NCBI RefSeq assembly: GCF_041248615.1
Contig: NZ_CP158426.1
Reading direction: 5' to 3' (one strand)
DNA: 64,000 nucleotides
Source of the DNA: Escherichia coli
GTDB taxonomy: Bacteria; Pseudomonadota; Gammaproteobacteria; Enterobacterales; Enterobacteriaceae
Shown here: piece after piece, positions 23,413-35,129 of the stretch
How the letters are laid out: each line of letters starts with the position of its first letter
Position numbering within the stretch: position 1 is the first letter of the stretch
Position numbers and translations under genes: made by a program
The notes under the pieces: model-generated
What the model was told of the DNA's origin: nothing
Database searches by the model: none
What the model saw: only the letters and a program-made list of their open reading frames with translations

Positions 23413-24438
23413 TTGAGTTTGATAATCTCACTTACCTCCACGGTAAACCGCAAGGCACCGGGCTGCTGAAAGCCAATCCGGAAGACTTTGTGGTGGTGGA
23501 AGATTTGGGCTTTGAGCCTGATGGTGAAGGTGAGCATATTCTGGTTAGAATCCTCAAAAACGGCTGCAATACCCGTTTTGTGGCGGATGCACTGGCGAAA
23601 TTCCTGAAAATTCATGCCCGTGAAGTCAGCTTCGCTGGGCAAAAAGACAAACATGCTGTTACGGAACAGTGGTTATGCGCTCGCGTGCCGGGCAAGGAAA
23701 TGCCCGATCTGAGCGCCTTTCAACTGGAAGGCTGCCAGGTGCTGGAGTATGCGCGGCACAAGCGCAAGCTGCGTTTAGGCGCGCTGAAAGGTAACGCCTT
23801 TACCTTGGTACTACGCGAAGTGAGCAATCGCGATGACGTTGAACAACGTCTGATCGATATTTGCGTAAAAGGTGTACCGAACTACTTCGGTGCCCAACGT
23901 TTTGGGATTGGCGGTAGCAACTTGCAGGGCGCGCTGCGCTGGGCGCAAACCAATACTCCGGTGCGCGATCGCAATAAACGGAGTTTTTGGTTGTCGGCAG
24001 CCCGCAGTGCGTTGTTTAATCAGATTGTTGCTGAGCGCCTCAAAAAAGCAGACGTTAATCAAGTTGTTGACGGCGATGCGCTACAATTAGCCGGACGTGG
24101 TAGCTGGTTTGTCGCAACCACCGAAGAACTGGCGGAATTACAGCGTCGCGTCAACGATAAAGAGCTAATGATAACCGCCGCATTGCCGGGCAGTGGCGAA
24201 TGGGGAACTCAGCGTGAAGCGTTGGCATTCGAACAAGCAGCTGTCGCCGCAGAAACTGAATTACAAGCCTTACTGGTGCGCGAAAAAGTTGAAGCCGCGC
24301 GTAGAGCGATGCTGCTGTATCCGCAACAATTAAGCTGGAACTGGTGGGATGACGTCACCGTAGAAATCCGTTTCTGGCTTCCGGCGGGAAGTTTTGCAAC
24401 CAGCGTTGTCAGGGAACTTATCAACACAACAGGTGATT

Positions 24439-24458
<20 letters not shown>
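23409..24458 (+). CDS. truD: tRNA pseudouridine(13) synthase
   Basis: 349 aa; overlaps ispF stop. Confidence 0.9.
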
Positions 24459-25820
<1,362 letters not shown>

Positions 25821-25959
25821 AACGTGAGGAAATACCTGGATTTTTCCTGGTTATTTTGCCGCAGGTCAGCGTATCGTGAACATCTTTTCCAGTGTTCAGT
25901 ATGGTGCCTTGCACGGTAATTATGTCACTGGTTATTAACCAATTTTTCCTGGGGGATAA

Positions 25960-27099
25960 ATGAGCGCGGGAAGCCCAAAATTCACCGTTCGCCGCATTGC
26001 GGCTTTGTCACTGGTTTCGCTATGGCTGGCAGGCTGTTCTGACACTTCAAATCCACCGGCACCGGTCAGCTCCGTTAATGGCAATGCGCCTGCAAATACC
26101 AATTCTGGTATGTTGATTACGCCGCCGCCGAAAATGGGAACGACGTCTACAGCGCAGCAACCGCAAATTCAGCCGGTACAGCAGCCACAAATTCAGGCTA
26201 CTCAACAACCGCAAATCCAGCCAGTACAGCCAGTAGCTCAGCAGCCGGTACAGATGGAAAACGGACGCATCGTCTACAACCGTCAGTATGGGAACATTCC
26301 GAAAGGCAGTTATAGCGGCAGTACCTATACCGTGAAAAAAGGCGACACACTTTTCTATATCGCCTGGATTACTGGCAACGATTTCCGTGACCTTGCTCAG
26401 CGCAACAATATTCAGGCACCATACGCGCTGAACGTCGGTCAGACCTTACAGGTGGGTAATGCTTCCGGTACGCCAATCACTGGCGGAAATGCCATTACCC
26501 AGGCCGACGCAGCAGAGCAAGGAGTTGTGATCAAGCCTGCACAAAATTCCACCGTTGCTGTTGCGTCGCAACCGACAATTACGTATTCTGAGTCTTCGGG
26601 TGAACAGAGTGCTAACAAAATGTTGCCGAACAACAAGCCAACTGCGACCACGGTCACAGCGCCTGTAACGGTACCAACAGCAAGCACAACCGAGCCGACT
26701 GTCAGCAGTACATCAACCAGTACGCCTATCTCCACCTGGCGCTGGCCGACTGAGGGCAAAGTGATCGAAACCTTTGGCGCTTCTGAGGGGGGCAACAAGG
26801 GGATTGATATCGCAGGCAGCAAAGGACAGGCAATTATCGCGACCGCAGATGGCCGCGTTGTTTATGCCGGTAACGCGCTGCGCGGCTACGGTAATCTGAT
26901 TATCATCAAACATAATGATGATTACCTGAGTGCCTACGCCCATAACGACACAATGCTGGTCCGGGAACAACAAGAAGTGAAGGCGGGGCAAAAAATAGCA
27001 ACCATGGGTAGCACCGGAACCAGTTCAACACGCTTGCATTTTGAAATTCGTTACAAGGGGAAATCCGTAAACCCGCTGCGTTATTTGCCGCAGCGATAA
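25960..27099 (+). CDS. nlpD: murein hydrolase activator lipoprotein NlpD (LysM + M23 domains)
   Basis: 379 aa; lipobox LAGCS, LysM region, C-terminal M23 domain; directly upstream of rpoS. Confidence 0.93.
   Translation: MSAGSPKFTVRRIAALSLVSLWLAGCSDTSNPPAPVSSVNGNAPANTNSGMLITPPPKMGTTSTAQQPQIQPVQQPQIQATQQPQIQPVQPVAQQPVQMENGRIVYNRQYGNIPKGSYSGSTYTVKKGDTLFYIAWITGNDFRDLAQRNNIQAPYALNVGQTLQVGNASGTPITGGNAITQADAAEQGVVIKPAQNSTVAVASQPTITYSESSGEQSANKMLPNNKPTATTVTAPVTVPTASTTEPTVSSTSTSTPISTWRWPTEGKVIETFGASEGGNKGIDIAGSKGQAIIATADGRVVYAGNALRGYGNLIIIKHNDDYLSAYAHNDTMLVREQQEVKAGQKIATMGSTGTSSTRLHFEIRYKGKSVNPLRYLPQR
26155..26226 (+). repeat. in-frame 24-nt tandem repeat x3 within nlpD (QQPQIQPV-like linker)
   Basis: cagcaaccgcaaattcagccggta / cagcagccacaaattcaggctact / caacaaccgcaaatccagccagta. 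Confidence 0.8.
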
Positions 27100-27161
27100 A
27101 TCGGCGGAACCAGGCTTTTGCTTGAATGTTCCGTCAAGGGATCACGGGTAGGAGCCACCTT

Positions 27162-28154
27162 ATGAGTCAGAATACGCTGAAAGTTCATGATTTAAATGAA
27201 GATGCGGAATTTGATGAGAACGGAGTTGAGGTTTTTGACGAAAAGGCCTTAGTAGAAGAGGAACCCAGTGATAACGATTTGGCCGAAGAGGAACTGTTAT
27301 CGCAGGGAGCCACACAGCGTGTGTTGGACGCGACTCAGCTTTACCTTGGTGAGATTGGTTATTCACCACTGTTAACGGCCGAAGAAGAAGTTTATTTTGC
27401 GCGTCGCGCACTGCGTGGAGATGTTGCCTCCCGCCGCCGGATGATCGAGAGTAACTTGCGTCTGGTGGTAAAAATTGCCCGCCGTTATGGCAATCGTGGT
27501 CTGGCGTTGCTGGACCTGATCGAAGAGGGCAACCTGGGGCTGATCCGCGCGGTAGAGAAGTTTGACCCGGAACGTGGTTTCCGCTTCTCAACATACGCAA
27601 CCTGGTGGATTCGCCAGACGATCGAACGGGCGATTATGAACCAAACCCGTACTATTCGTTTGCCGATTCACATCGTAAAGGAGCTGAACGTTTACCTGCG
27701 AACCGCACGCGAGTTGTCCCATAAACTGGACCACGAACCAAGTGCGGAAGAGATCGCAGAGCAACTGGATAAGCCAGTTGATGACGTCAGCCGTATGCTT
27801 CGTCTTAACGAGCGCATTACCTCGGTAGACACCCCGCTGGGTGGTGATTCCGAAAAAGCGTTGCTGGACATCCTGGCCGATGAAAAAGAGAACGGTCCGG
27901 AAGATACCACGCAAGATGACGATATGAAGCAGAGCATCGTCAAATGGCTGTTCGAGCTGAACGCCAAACAGCGTGAAGTACTGGCACGTCGATTCGGTTT
28001 GCTGGGGTACGAAGCGGCAACACTGGAAGATGTAGGTCGTGAAATTGGCCTCACCCGTGAACGTGTTCGCCAGATTCAGGTTGAAGGCCTGCGCCGTTTG
28101 CGCGAAATCCTGCAAACGCAGGGGCTGAATATCGAAGCGCTGTTCCGCGAGTAA
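27162..28154 (+). CDS. rpoS: RNA polymerase sigma factor RpoS (sigma-38)
   Basis: ORF 27126..28154 over-extended; start at [17 protein letters not shown] (27162), 330 aa; sigma-70 family regions 2-4. Confidence 0.95.
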   Translation: MSQNTLKVHDLNEDAEFDENGVEVFDEKALVEEEPSDNDLAEEELLSQGATQRVLDATQLYLGEIGYSPLLTAEEEVYFARRALRGDVASRRRMIESNLRLVVKIARRYGNRGLALLDLIEEGNLGLIRAVEKFDPERGFRFSTYATWWIRQTIERAIMNQTRTIRLPIHIVKELNVYLRTARELSHKLDHEPSAEEIAEQLDKPVDDVSRMLRLNERITSVDTPLGGDSEKALLDILADEKENGPEDTTQDDDMKQSIVKWLFELNAKQREVLARRFGLLGYEAATLEDVGREIGLTRERVRQIQVEGLRRLREILQTQGLNIEALFRE

Positions 28155-28170
28155 GTAAGCATCTGTCAGA

Positions 28171-28207
28171 AAGGCCAGTCTCAAGCGAGGCTGGCCTTTT
28201 TCTTTTG
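28171..28207 (+). terminator. rho-independent terminator after rpoS
   Basis: Stem AGGCCAG/CTGGCCT with loop, followed by TTTTTCTTTT. Confidence 0.6.
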
Positions 28208-28274
28208 TTTGGGAAGTCGGTGTGTTTTGTCGCCTGGATAAGACTCGTCAGCGTCCTACCCGGCAATCAGCATC

Positions 28275-28682
28275 CTATTTGCTCATCATCTTGCGCACCA
28301 ACTGCATAAACAGCTCCTTCTCTTCTGCACTCAAACGCCCCAAAAATTCCTCATCCACACTGTCACCAATGGGGATCGCCGCAGCAAGTACCTTTTCTCC
28401 TTCGGCAGTCAGCCAGACAAAGCGACGCCGCTTGTCAGCGGCGTCATGTTCACGTCTGACTAAGCCACGATTTTCCATTCTTGCCAACATTTCTGCCAGC
28501 GTTGCTTTGGTGCTGACTGCTGCTTCTATCAGTGCCACCTGTTCGATACCAGGCTTATCAGCAATGGCGCGCATCACCGCGTACTGTGGTTTGGTGAGGT
28601 TAGGTAACTCGTGCTGCCAGCGAGCCGTGTGCTGCTGAAAAAGCTGTCGTAACTGATGGAACGCTTTATTTCGTAACGCCAT
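28275..28682 (-). CDS. MarR-family (SlyA-like) transcriptional regulator
   Basis: ORF 28275..28715; winged-helix MarR-like region; start placed at MALRNKAF (28682), which has a GGAG RBS; divergent from ecdB. Confidence 0.8.
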   Translation of the reverse strand: MALRNKAFHQLRQLFQQHTARWQHELPNLTKPQYAVMRAIADKPGIEQVALIEAAVSTKATLAEMLARMENRGLVRREHDAADKRRRFVWLTAEGEKVLAAAIPIGDSVDEEFLGRLSAEEKELFMQLVRKMMSK

Positions 28683-28798
28683 GTAAACTCCGGGCAAACT
28701 ATCTGCCGCTATCATAGCGGTTTTTCAGTGACGAAGAAGATGTTGTTACTTTTCAGTGCTTGCCGCGATGAAAACAGAGGCGTATTTTAATAATAACG

Positions 28799-28810
28799 TT
28801 CGTATACGAA
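28799..28810. promoter_or_regulatory. perfect 12-bp palindrome TTCGTATACGAA; candidate MarR-type operator at the ecdB promoter
   Basis: Self-complementary 12-mer 19 nt upstream of the ecdB ATG in the divergent regulator-ecdB intergenic region. Confidence 0.35.
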
Positions 28811-28828
28811 TAATTAAGAGAATAAACA

Positions 28829-29422
28829 ATGAGACTGATCGTCGGGATGACAGGGGCTACCGGTGCGCCTCTTGGGGTGGCATTACTGCAAGCGCTGCGG
28901 GAGATGCCGAATGTCGAGACTCATCTGGTGATGTCGAAGTGGGCGAAAACCACCATTGAACTGGAAACGCCTTACAGCGCTCGCGATGTTGCTGCCCTCG
29001 CAGACTTCAGTCATAACCCGGCGGATCAGGCGGCGACCATCTCCTCAGGTTCCTTTCGTACCGACGGCATGATCGTTATTCCGTGCAGTATGAAAACGCT
29101 CGCCGGTATCCGTGTCGGTTACGCCGATGGCCTGGTAGGGCGCGCGGCGGACGTCGTGCTCAAAGAAGGCCGCAAACTAGTGCTGGTGCCGCGTGAAATG
29201 CCGCTTAGCACAATCCATCTCGAAAATATGCTCGCACTTTCGCGCATGGGCGTGGCGATGGTGCCGCCGATGCCTGCCTTTTATAACCATCCCGAAACGG
29301 TAGATGACATTGTCCACCACGTGGTAGCCCGCGTGCTGGATCAATTTGGCCTCGAACATCCTCACGCCAGGCGCTGGCAAGGATTGCCGCAGGCCCGGAA
29401 TTTTTCTCAGGAGAATGAATAA
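28829..29422 (+). CDS. ecdB: UbiX-family flavin prenyltransferase (aka pad1)
   Basis: 197 aa; UbiX/Pad1-like N-terminus MRLIVGMTGATGAPLGVALL; 1-nt overlap with ecdC. Confidence 0.85.
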   Translation: MRLIVGMTGATGAPLGVALLQALREMPNVETHLVMSKWAKTTIELETPYSARDVAALADFSHNPADQAATISSGSFRTDGMIVIPCSMKTLAGIRVGYADGLVGRAADVVLKEGRKLVLVPREMPLSTIHLENMLALSRMGVAMVPPMPAFYNHPETVDDIVHHVVARVLDQFGLEHPHARRWQGLPQARNFSQENE

Positions 29423-30849
29423 TGGCATTTGATGATTTACGCAGCTTTTTACAGGCGCTTGATGACCACGGCCAGTTACTGAAAATCAGCGAAGAGGTGA
29501 ACGCGGAACCGGATCTGGCAGCCGCAGCCAACGCCACCGGGCGTATCGGCGACGGCGCGCCCGCGCTTTGGTTTGATAATATTCGCGGCTTTATCGATGC
29601 CCGCGTGGCAATGAACACCATCGGTTCCTGGCAGAACCACGCGATTTCCCTCGGCCTGCCGCCAAACACCCCGGTTAAAAAACAGATTGATGAGTTTATC
29701 CGCCGCTGGGATAACTTCCCCATTACCCCGGAGCGCCGCGCCAATCCAGCCTGGGCGCAGAACACCGTCGATGGCGACGAGATCAACCTGTTCGATATTC
29801 TGCCGCTGTTTCGTTTAAACGACGGTGATGGCGGTTTCTATCTCGATAAAGCGTGCGTGGTTTCCCGCGATCCGCTCGACCCGGATAACTTCGGCAAGCA
29901 GAACGTCGGCATCTACCGCATGGAAGTGAAGGGCAAACGTAAGCTCGGCCTGCAACCGGTGCCGATGCACGATATCGCTCTGCATCTGCATAAAGCGGAA
30001 GAACGCGGTGAAGATCTGCCGATTGCCATCACCCTGGGTAACGATCCGATCATCACCCTGATGGGCGCCACGCCGCTGAAATACGATCAGTCTGAGTACG
30101 AAATGGCGGGCGCGCTGCGCGAAAGCCCGTACCCGATCGCCACCGCCCCGCTGACCGGTTTTGATGTGCCGTGGGGCTCGGAAGTGATCCTCGAAGGGGT
30201 TATCGAAAGTCGTAAACGTGAGATTGAAGGGCCGTTCGGTGAGTTTACCGGCCACTACTCCGGCGGGCGTAACATGACCGTGGTGCGTATCGATAAAGTC
30301 TCTTACCGTACCAAACCGATTTTCGAATCGCTCTATCTTGGTATGCCGTGGACCGAAATCGACTACCTGATGGGGCCTGCCACCTGCGTGCCGCTGTATC
30401 AGCAACTGAAAGCCGAGTTCCCGGAAGTGCAGGCGGTAAACGCCATGTACACCCACGGCCTGTTGGCGATTATCTCCACCAAAAAACGCTACGGCGGCTT
30501 TGCCCGCGCGGTGGGCCTGCGTGCAATGACCACGCCGCACGGTCTGGGCTACGTGAAGATGGTGATTATGGTCGATGAAGACGTTGATCCGTTCAACCTG
30601 CCGCAGGTGATGTGGGCGCTCTCCTCGAAAGTGAACCCGGCAGGCGACCTGGTGCAGTTGCCAAATATGTCCGTGCTGGAACTCGACCCTGGCTCAAGCC
30701 CGGCGGGGATCACCGACAAGCTGATTATCGACGCCACCACGCCTGTCGCCCCGGACAACCGTGGTCACTACAGCCAGCCGGTGGTGGATTTACCGGAAAC
30801 CAAAGCCTGGGCTGAAAAACTGACCGCTATGCTGGCCGCACGTAAATAA
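29422..30849 (+). CDS. ecdC: UbiD-family (prFMN-dependent) aromatic acid decarboxylase (aka yclC)
   Basis: 475 aa, UbiD-like; operon partner of the UbiX homologue. Confidence 0.85.
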   Translation: MAFDDLRSFLQALDDHGQLLKISEEVNAEPDLAAAANATGRIGDGAPALWFDNIRGFIDARVAMNTIGSWQNHAISLGLPPNTPVKKQIDEFIRRWDNFPITPERRANPAWAQNTVDGDEINLFDILPLFRLNDGDGGFYLDKACVVSRDPLDPDNFGKQNVGIYRMEVKGKRKLGLQPVPMHDIALHLHKAEERGEDLPIAITLGNDPIITLMGATPLKYDQSEYEMAGALRESPYPIATAPLTGFDVPWGSEVILEGVIESRKREIEGPFGEFTGHYSGGRNMTVVRIDKVSYRTKPIFESLYLGMPWTEIDYLMGPATCVPLYQQLKAEFPEVQAVNAMYTHGLLAIISTKKRYGGFARAVGLRAMTTPHGLGYVKMVIMVDEDVDPFNLPQVMWALSSKVNPAGDLVQLPNMSVLELDPGSSPAGITDKLIIDATTPVAPDNRGHYSQPVVDLPETKAWAEKLTAMLAARK

Positions 30850-30859
30850 GGAGAACAAG

Positions 30860-31096
30860 ATGATTTGTCCACGTTGTGCTGATGAACAGATTGAAGTGAT
30901 GGCGAAATCGCCGGTAAAAGATGTCTGGACAGTCTATCAGTGCCAGCATTGCCTCTATACCTGGCGCGATACCGAACCGCTTCGCCGCACCAGCCGCGAA
31001 CATTACCCGGAAGCGTTTCGTATGACGCAGAAAGACATTGATGACGTGCCAATGGTGCCGAGCATTCCGCCGCTGCTGGCGGAAGGTAAGCGTTAA
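30860..31096 (+). CDS. ecdD: small zinc-ribbon subunit of phenolic acid decarboxylase (BsdD/VdcD-like)
   Basis: 78 aa; CPRC...CQHC pair typical of the small D subunit. Confidence 0.75.
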   Translation: MICPRCADEQIEVMAKSPVKDVWTVYQCQHCLYTWRDTEPLRRTSREHYPEAFRMTQKDIDDVPMVPSIPPLLAEGKR

Positions 31097-31104
31097 TAAA
31101 AAGT

Positions 31105-31132
31105 GCCGGGTAGTGGCTTTGCTTTACCCGGC
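31105..31132. terminator. hairpin between convergent ecdD and pphB
   Basis: Perfect 8-bp stem GCCGGGTA/TACCCGGC with 12-nt loop, then CTCATTACTTTATTTTAT. Confidence 0.45.
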
Positions 31133-31136
31133 CTCA

Positions 31137-31793
31137 TTACTTTATTTTATAAAATGACAGCCGCCCGCTTTTCGGCGATCCGGTATCAATATAAATCTGG
31201 TTTGCGAACGTCTGAATGTTATCAAACATCATATGTCCAAATATAAAATAATCAGCGCCGTTTATTTGTTGTAACTCGCCATTAAGCGATTTCTGCACAC
31301 GATCAACAGGCCAGAGTAATTCTCTCTCCGCTATTTCTTTGCCAAAGAGATATTCACTCCCCGGATAATCTGCATGTGCGATGACATATTTTATTATGTC
31401 GTTAGTGATTTCAATAATATGTGGAAGGTGATGAAATTTCAGCAACAGATCTATTGCTTCTTGTTGTTCCGTCTCATTTAATTCAAAGAACCAGTCGCCG
31501 CCGCTGGCAAGCCACATATTGCCATCGCCGGTCGCGAACGCATCCAACGCCATCGCTTCATGGTTGCCTTTAACCGATGTAAACCAGGGCTGGTTTAGCA
31601 GGTGCAGCACGTTAAGACTCTCCGGCCCACGATCAATATTATCGCCGACAGAAATAAGTAAGTCGGCTTCAGGGCAAAAAGAGAGTTGATGTAAGCGGGA
31701 TTGTAATAATTGATAGTCACCATGAATATCACCAACGGCCCATATATGGCGATAGTGATGGGCATTGATTTTTTGATAGCGTGTAGATGGCAT
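31137..31793 (-). CDS. pphB: serine/threonine protein phosphatase 2
   Basis: 218 aa; metallophosphatase motifs GDIHG, GDNIDRG, GNHE. Confidence 0.9.
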   Translation of the reverse strand: MPSTRYQKINAHHYRHIWAVGDIHGDYQLLQSRLHQLSFCPEADLLISVGDNIDRGPESLNVLHLLNQPWFTSVKGNHEAMALDAFATGDGNMWLASGGDWFFELNETEQQEAIDLLLKFHHLPHIIEITNDIIKYVIAHADYPGSEYLFGKEIAERELLWPVDRVQKSLNGELQQINGADYFIFGHMMFDNIQTFANQIYIDTGSPKSGRLSFYKIK

Positions 31794-31898
31794 GGTTTTA
31801 CCCTGTAAAATAAGCTTTCCTATTATACAGGGTATTTTTATTTGATTCGTCAGTTGTCGTTAATATTCCCGATAGCAAAAGACTATCGGGAATTGTTA

Positions 31899-34460
31899 TT
31901 ACACCAGACTCTTCAAGCGATAAATCCATTCCAGCGCCTGACGCGGGGTGAGTGAATCCGGGTCCAGGTTTTCCAGTGCCTCGACCGCAGGCGACGTTTC
32001 TTCTGGCACTGACAGCAAAGACATTTGCGTACCATCCACTTGCGTAGCGGCGGCGTTCGGCGAAATGCTTTCCAGCTCACGCAGTTTTTGCCGTGCGCGC
32101 TTAATAACCTCTTTTGGCACGCCCGCCAGAGCAGCAACCGCCAGGCCGTAGCTTTTGCTCGCCGCGCCATCCTGCACGCTGTGCATAAAGGCAATGGTGT
32201 CGCCGTGCTCCAGTGCATCAAGATGCACGTTGGCGACGCCTTCCATTTTCTCCGGTAACTGGGTTAGCTCGAAATAGTGGGTGGCAAACAACGTCAACGC
32301 TTTAATCTTATTCGCCAGATTTTCCGCGCACGCCCACGCCAGCGACAGACCATCGTAAGTGGAGGTTCCGCGCCCAATCTCATCCATCAGCACCAGACTG
32401 TACTCGGTGGCGTTATGTAAAATATTGGCGGTTTCGGTCATCTCCACCATAAAGGTTGAACGCCCGGATGCCAGATCATCCGCTGCCCCTACGCGGGTAA
32501 AGATGCGATCGATAGGTCCAATCTCGACTTTTTGTGCCGGTACATAGCTGCCGATGTAGGCCATCAGCGCAATCAGTGCGGTCTGGCGCATATAGGTACT
32601 TTTACCGCCCATATTCGGACCGGTAATGATCAACATGCGACGCTGCGGCGACAGGTTCAGCGGGTTGGCGATAAATGGCTCGTTCAGTACCTGTTCAACC
32701 ACCGGATGGCGGCCTTCGGTGATGCGAATACCCGGTTTATCAATGAAGGTCGGGCAGGTGTAGTTCAGGGTATAGGCCCGCTCCGCCAGGTTAACCAGCA
32801 CATCAAGTTCTGCCAGTGCGCTTGCGCTCTGTTGCAACGCTTCCAGATGCGGCAACAGCAGGTCGAACAGCTCTTCATAAAGCTGTTTTTCCAGTGCCAG
32901 TGCTTTGCCTTTTGAGGTGAGAACTTTATCTTCGTACTCTTTTAGCTCTGGAATAATGTAGCGTTCGGCGTTTTTCAGCGTCTGGCGGCGCATGTAGTTA
33001 ATCGGTGCCAGATGGCTTTGTCCACGGCTGATCTGAATGTAATAACCATGCACCGCGTTAAATCCGACTTTCAGCGTGTCCAGGCCGGTACGTTCACGCT
33101 CGCGGACTTCCAGACGCTCCAGATAATCGGTCGCGCCGTCAGCCAGCGCGCGCCACTCATCCAGCTCTTCGTTATAGCCCGATGCGATAACACCACCGTC
33201 GCGCACCAGTACCGGCGGTGTGTCGATAATGGCCCGCTCCAGCAGATCGCGCAGTTCGGCAAACTCACCCATCTTCTCACGCAGCGCCTGTACCGGTGCA
33301 CTATTGACAGTTTCTAACTGCGCGCGCAGCTCCGGCAGTTGCTGGAAAGCGTGACGCATACGGGCCAGATCGCGTGGGCGAGCAGTTCGTAAAGCCAGAC
33401 GCGCCAGAATACGTTCCAGGTCGCCGACCTGACGCAGTACCGGCTGCAGCTCGGCGGTGAAATCCTGCAATGCGCCAATAGTTTGCTGGCGCTCAAGCAA
33501 GACGCGGGTATCGCGCACTGGCATATGCAGCCAGCGTTTCAGCATACGGCTGCCCATCGGCGTGACGGTGCAGTCGAGCACAGAAGCCAGCGTATTTTCC
33601 GCACCACCCGCCAGGTTCTGGGTGATTTCCAGATTACGACGCGTCGCGGCATCCATAATGATGCTGTCCTGCTCACGTTCCATGGTGATGGAACGAATAT
33701 GCGGCAGAGTCGTACGTTGGGTATCTTTCGCATACTGCAACAGACAACCGGCAGCACAAAGTCCGCGCGGCGCGTTCTCGACGCCAAAACCGACCAGATC
33801 GCGGGTGCCAAATTGCAGATTCAACTGCTGGCGCGCGGTGTCGATTTCAAACTCCCACAGCGGGCGACGGCGCAGGCCGCGACGGCCTTCAATTAACGAC
33901 ATTTCAGCAAAATCTTCTGCATACAGCAGTTCCGCAGGATTAGTGCGTTGCAGTTCTGCCGCCATCGTTTCCCGGTCAGCCGGTTCGCTCAGGCGAAAAC
34001 GACCGGAGCTGATATCCAGCGTCGCGTAGCCGAAACCTTTGCTGTCCTGCCAGATAGCCGCCAGCAGGTTGTCCTGACGCTCCTGCAACAGGGCTTCATC
34101 GCTGATGGTGCCTGGCGTAACGATACGCACAACTTTGCGCTCAACCGGACCTTTGCTGGTCGCCGGATCGCCAATTTGTTCGCAGATGGCAACGGACTCG
34201 CCCTGATTCACCAGTTTGGCGAGGTAGTTTTCCACCGCATGGTAGGGAATCCCCGCCATCGGGATCGGCTCTCCCGCCGAAGCACCGCGTTTGGTCAGTG
34301 AAATATCCAGCAGTTGCGATGCGCGTTTTGCGTCGTCATAAAACAGTTCATAAAAATCACCCATCCGGTAAAACAGCAGGATCTCGGGATGCTGGGCTTT
34401 CAGCTTGAGATATTGCTGCATCATGGGCGTATGGGCATCGAAATTTTCTATTGCACTCAT
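31899..34460 (-). CDS. mutS: DNA mismatch repair protein MutS
   Basis: 853 aa; Walker [10 protein letters not shown]; full-length. Confidence 0.97.
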   Translation of the reverse strand: MSAIENFDAHTPMMQQYLKLKAQHPEILLFYRMGDFYELFYDDAKRASQLLDISLTKRGASAGEPIPMAGIPYHAVENYLAKLVNQGESVAICEQIGDPATSKGPVERKVVRIVTPGTISDEALLQERQDNLLAAIWQDSKGFGYATLDISSGRFRLSEPADRETMAAELQRTNPAELLYAEDFAEMSLIEGRRGLRRRPLWEFEIDTARQQLNLQFGTRDLVGFGVENAPRGLCAAGCLLQYAKDTQRTTLPHIRSITMEREQDSIIMDAATRRNLEITQNLAGGAENTLASVLDCTVTPMGSRMLKRWLHMPVRDTRVLLERQQTIGALQDFTAELQPVLRQVGDLERILARLALRTARPRDLARMRHAFQQLPELRAQLETVNSAPVQALREKMGEFAELRDLLERAIIDTPPVLVRDGGVIASGYNEELDEWRALADGATDYLERLEVRERERTGLDTLKVGFNAVHGYYIQISRGQSHLAPINYMRRQTLKNAERYIIPELKEYEDKVLTSKGKALALEKQLYEELFDLLLPHLEALQQSASALAELDVLVNLAERAYTLNYTCPTFIDKPGIRITEGRHPVVEQVLNEPFIANPLNLSPQRRMLIITGPNMGGKSTYMRQTALIALMAYIGSYVPAQKVEIGPIDRIFTRVGAADDLASGRSTFMVEMTETANILHNATEYSLVLMDEIGRGTSTYDGLSLAWACAENLANKIKALTLFATHYFELTQLPEKMEGVANVHLDALEHGDTIAFMHSVQDGAASKSYGLAVAALAGVPKEVIKRARQKLRELESISPNAAATQVDGTQMSLLSVPEETSPAVEALENLDPDSLTPRQALEWIYRLKSLV

Positions 34461-34706
34461 GGGGTTATGTCCGGTTCCCTGATATTAAATGGGGTGTGAT
34501 GGTTTTTATTTTCGTTGTAATCACATAAGGCGCACATGATACCGGAGTTAATCATTTCAGGGGAAGAAGCGAACGGCGAGTTCTTGATGGTGATTCCGGG
34601 AAAGATGCTGTTTTGCAGCTTTTGCGTGATGATTATGAAGCAAGTACGCAAAATTGCGTCGGTTGAATAAACCTCCTCCTTCAGAGCCATAGTCCCCTTT
34701 CAAATT

Positions 34707-34729
34707 AAGTTGTAATATAAATACACCTT
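34707..34729 (+). promoter_or_regulatory. candidate NsrR operator upstream of ygbA
   Basis: AAGTTGTAATATAAATACACCTT, an imperfect 11-1-11 inverted repeat resembling the NsrR consensus as I recall it, 18 nt upstream of the ygbA ATG. Confidence 0.4.
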
Positions 34730-34746
34730 AAGAGTATGGAGGCAGC

Positions 34747-35091
34747 ATGTCCGGCAAGCGTATCTCTCGTGAAAAACTGACGATTAAAAAAATGATCGAT
34801 CTTTATCAAGCGAAATGCCCGCAGGCGTCAGCGGAGCCGGAGCATTACGACGCGCTGTTTGCCTACGCGCAAAAGCGGCTGGATAAATGTGTGTTCGGCG
34901 AAGAGAAACCAGCCTGTAAGCAGTGTCCGGTGCACTGTTACCAGCCTGCAAAGCGTGAAGAGATGAAACAGATTATGCGTTGGGCCGGGCCGAGAATGCT
35001 GTGGCGTCATCCGATCTTAACCGTGCGTCATCTCATCGATGACAAGCGTCCGGTGCCGGAGTTGCCAGAAAAATATCGTCCAAAGAAATAA
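34747..35091 (+). CDS. ygbA: nitrous oxide-stimulated promoter family protein
   Basis: 114 aa; cysteine pattern CPQ...CKQCPVHCYQ. Confidence 0.85.
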   Translation: MSGKRISREKLTIKKMIDLYQAKCPQASAEPEHYDALFAYAQKRLDKCVFGEEKPACKQCPVHCYQPAKREEMKQIMRWAGPRMLWRHPILTVRHLIDDKRPVPELPEKYRPKK

Positions 35092-35129
35092 ATCTGCCGG
35101 AGAGCCATACTCTCCGGCAAATAAGGCGT

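Noticed and set aside
29205-30540. Minus-strand ORFs of 193 and 241 aa
   Set aside because: Antisense inside ecdC (UbiD-like), which has the coherent sense-strand reading.
31801-31844. Hairpin CCCTGTA...TACAGGG followed by TATTTTTATTTG between mutS and pphB
   Set aside because: Looks like a plus-strand terminator but both flanking genes are on the minus strand, so it is in the wrong orientation; may be coincidental or part of the pphB promoter region.
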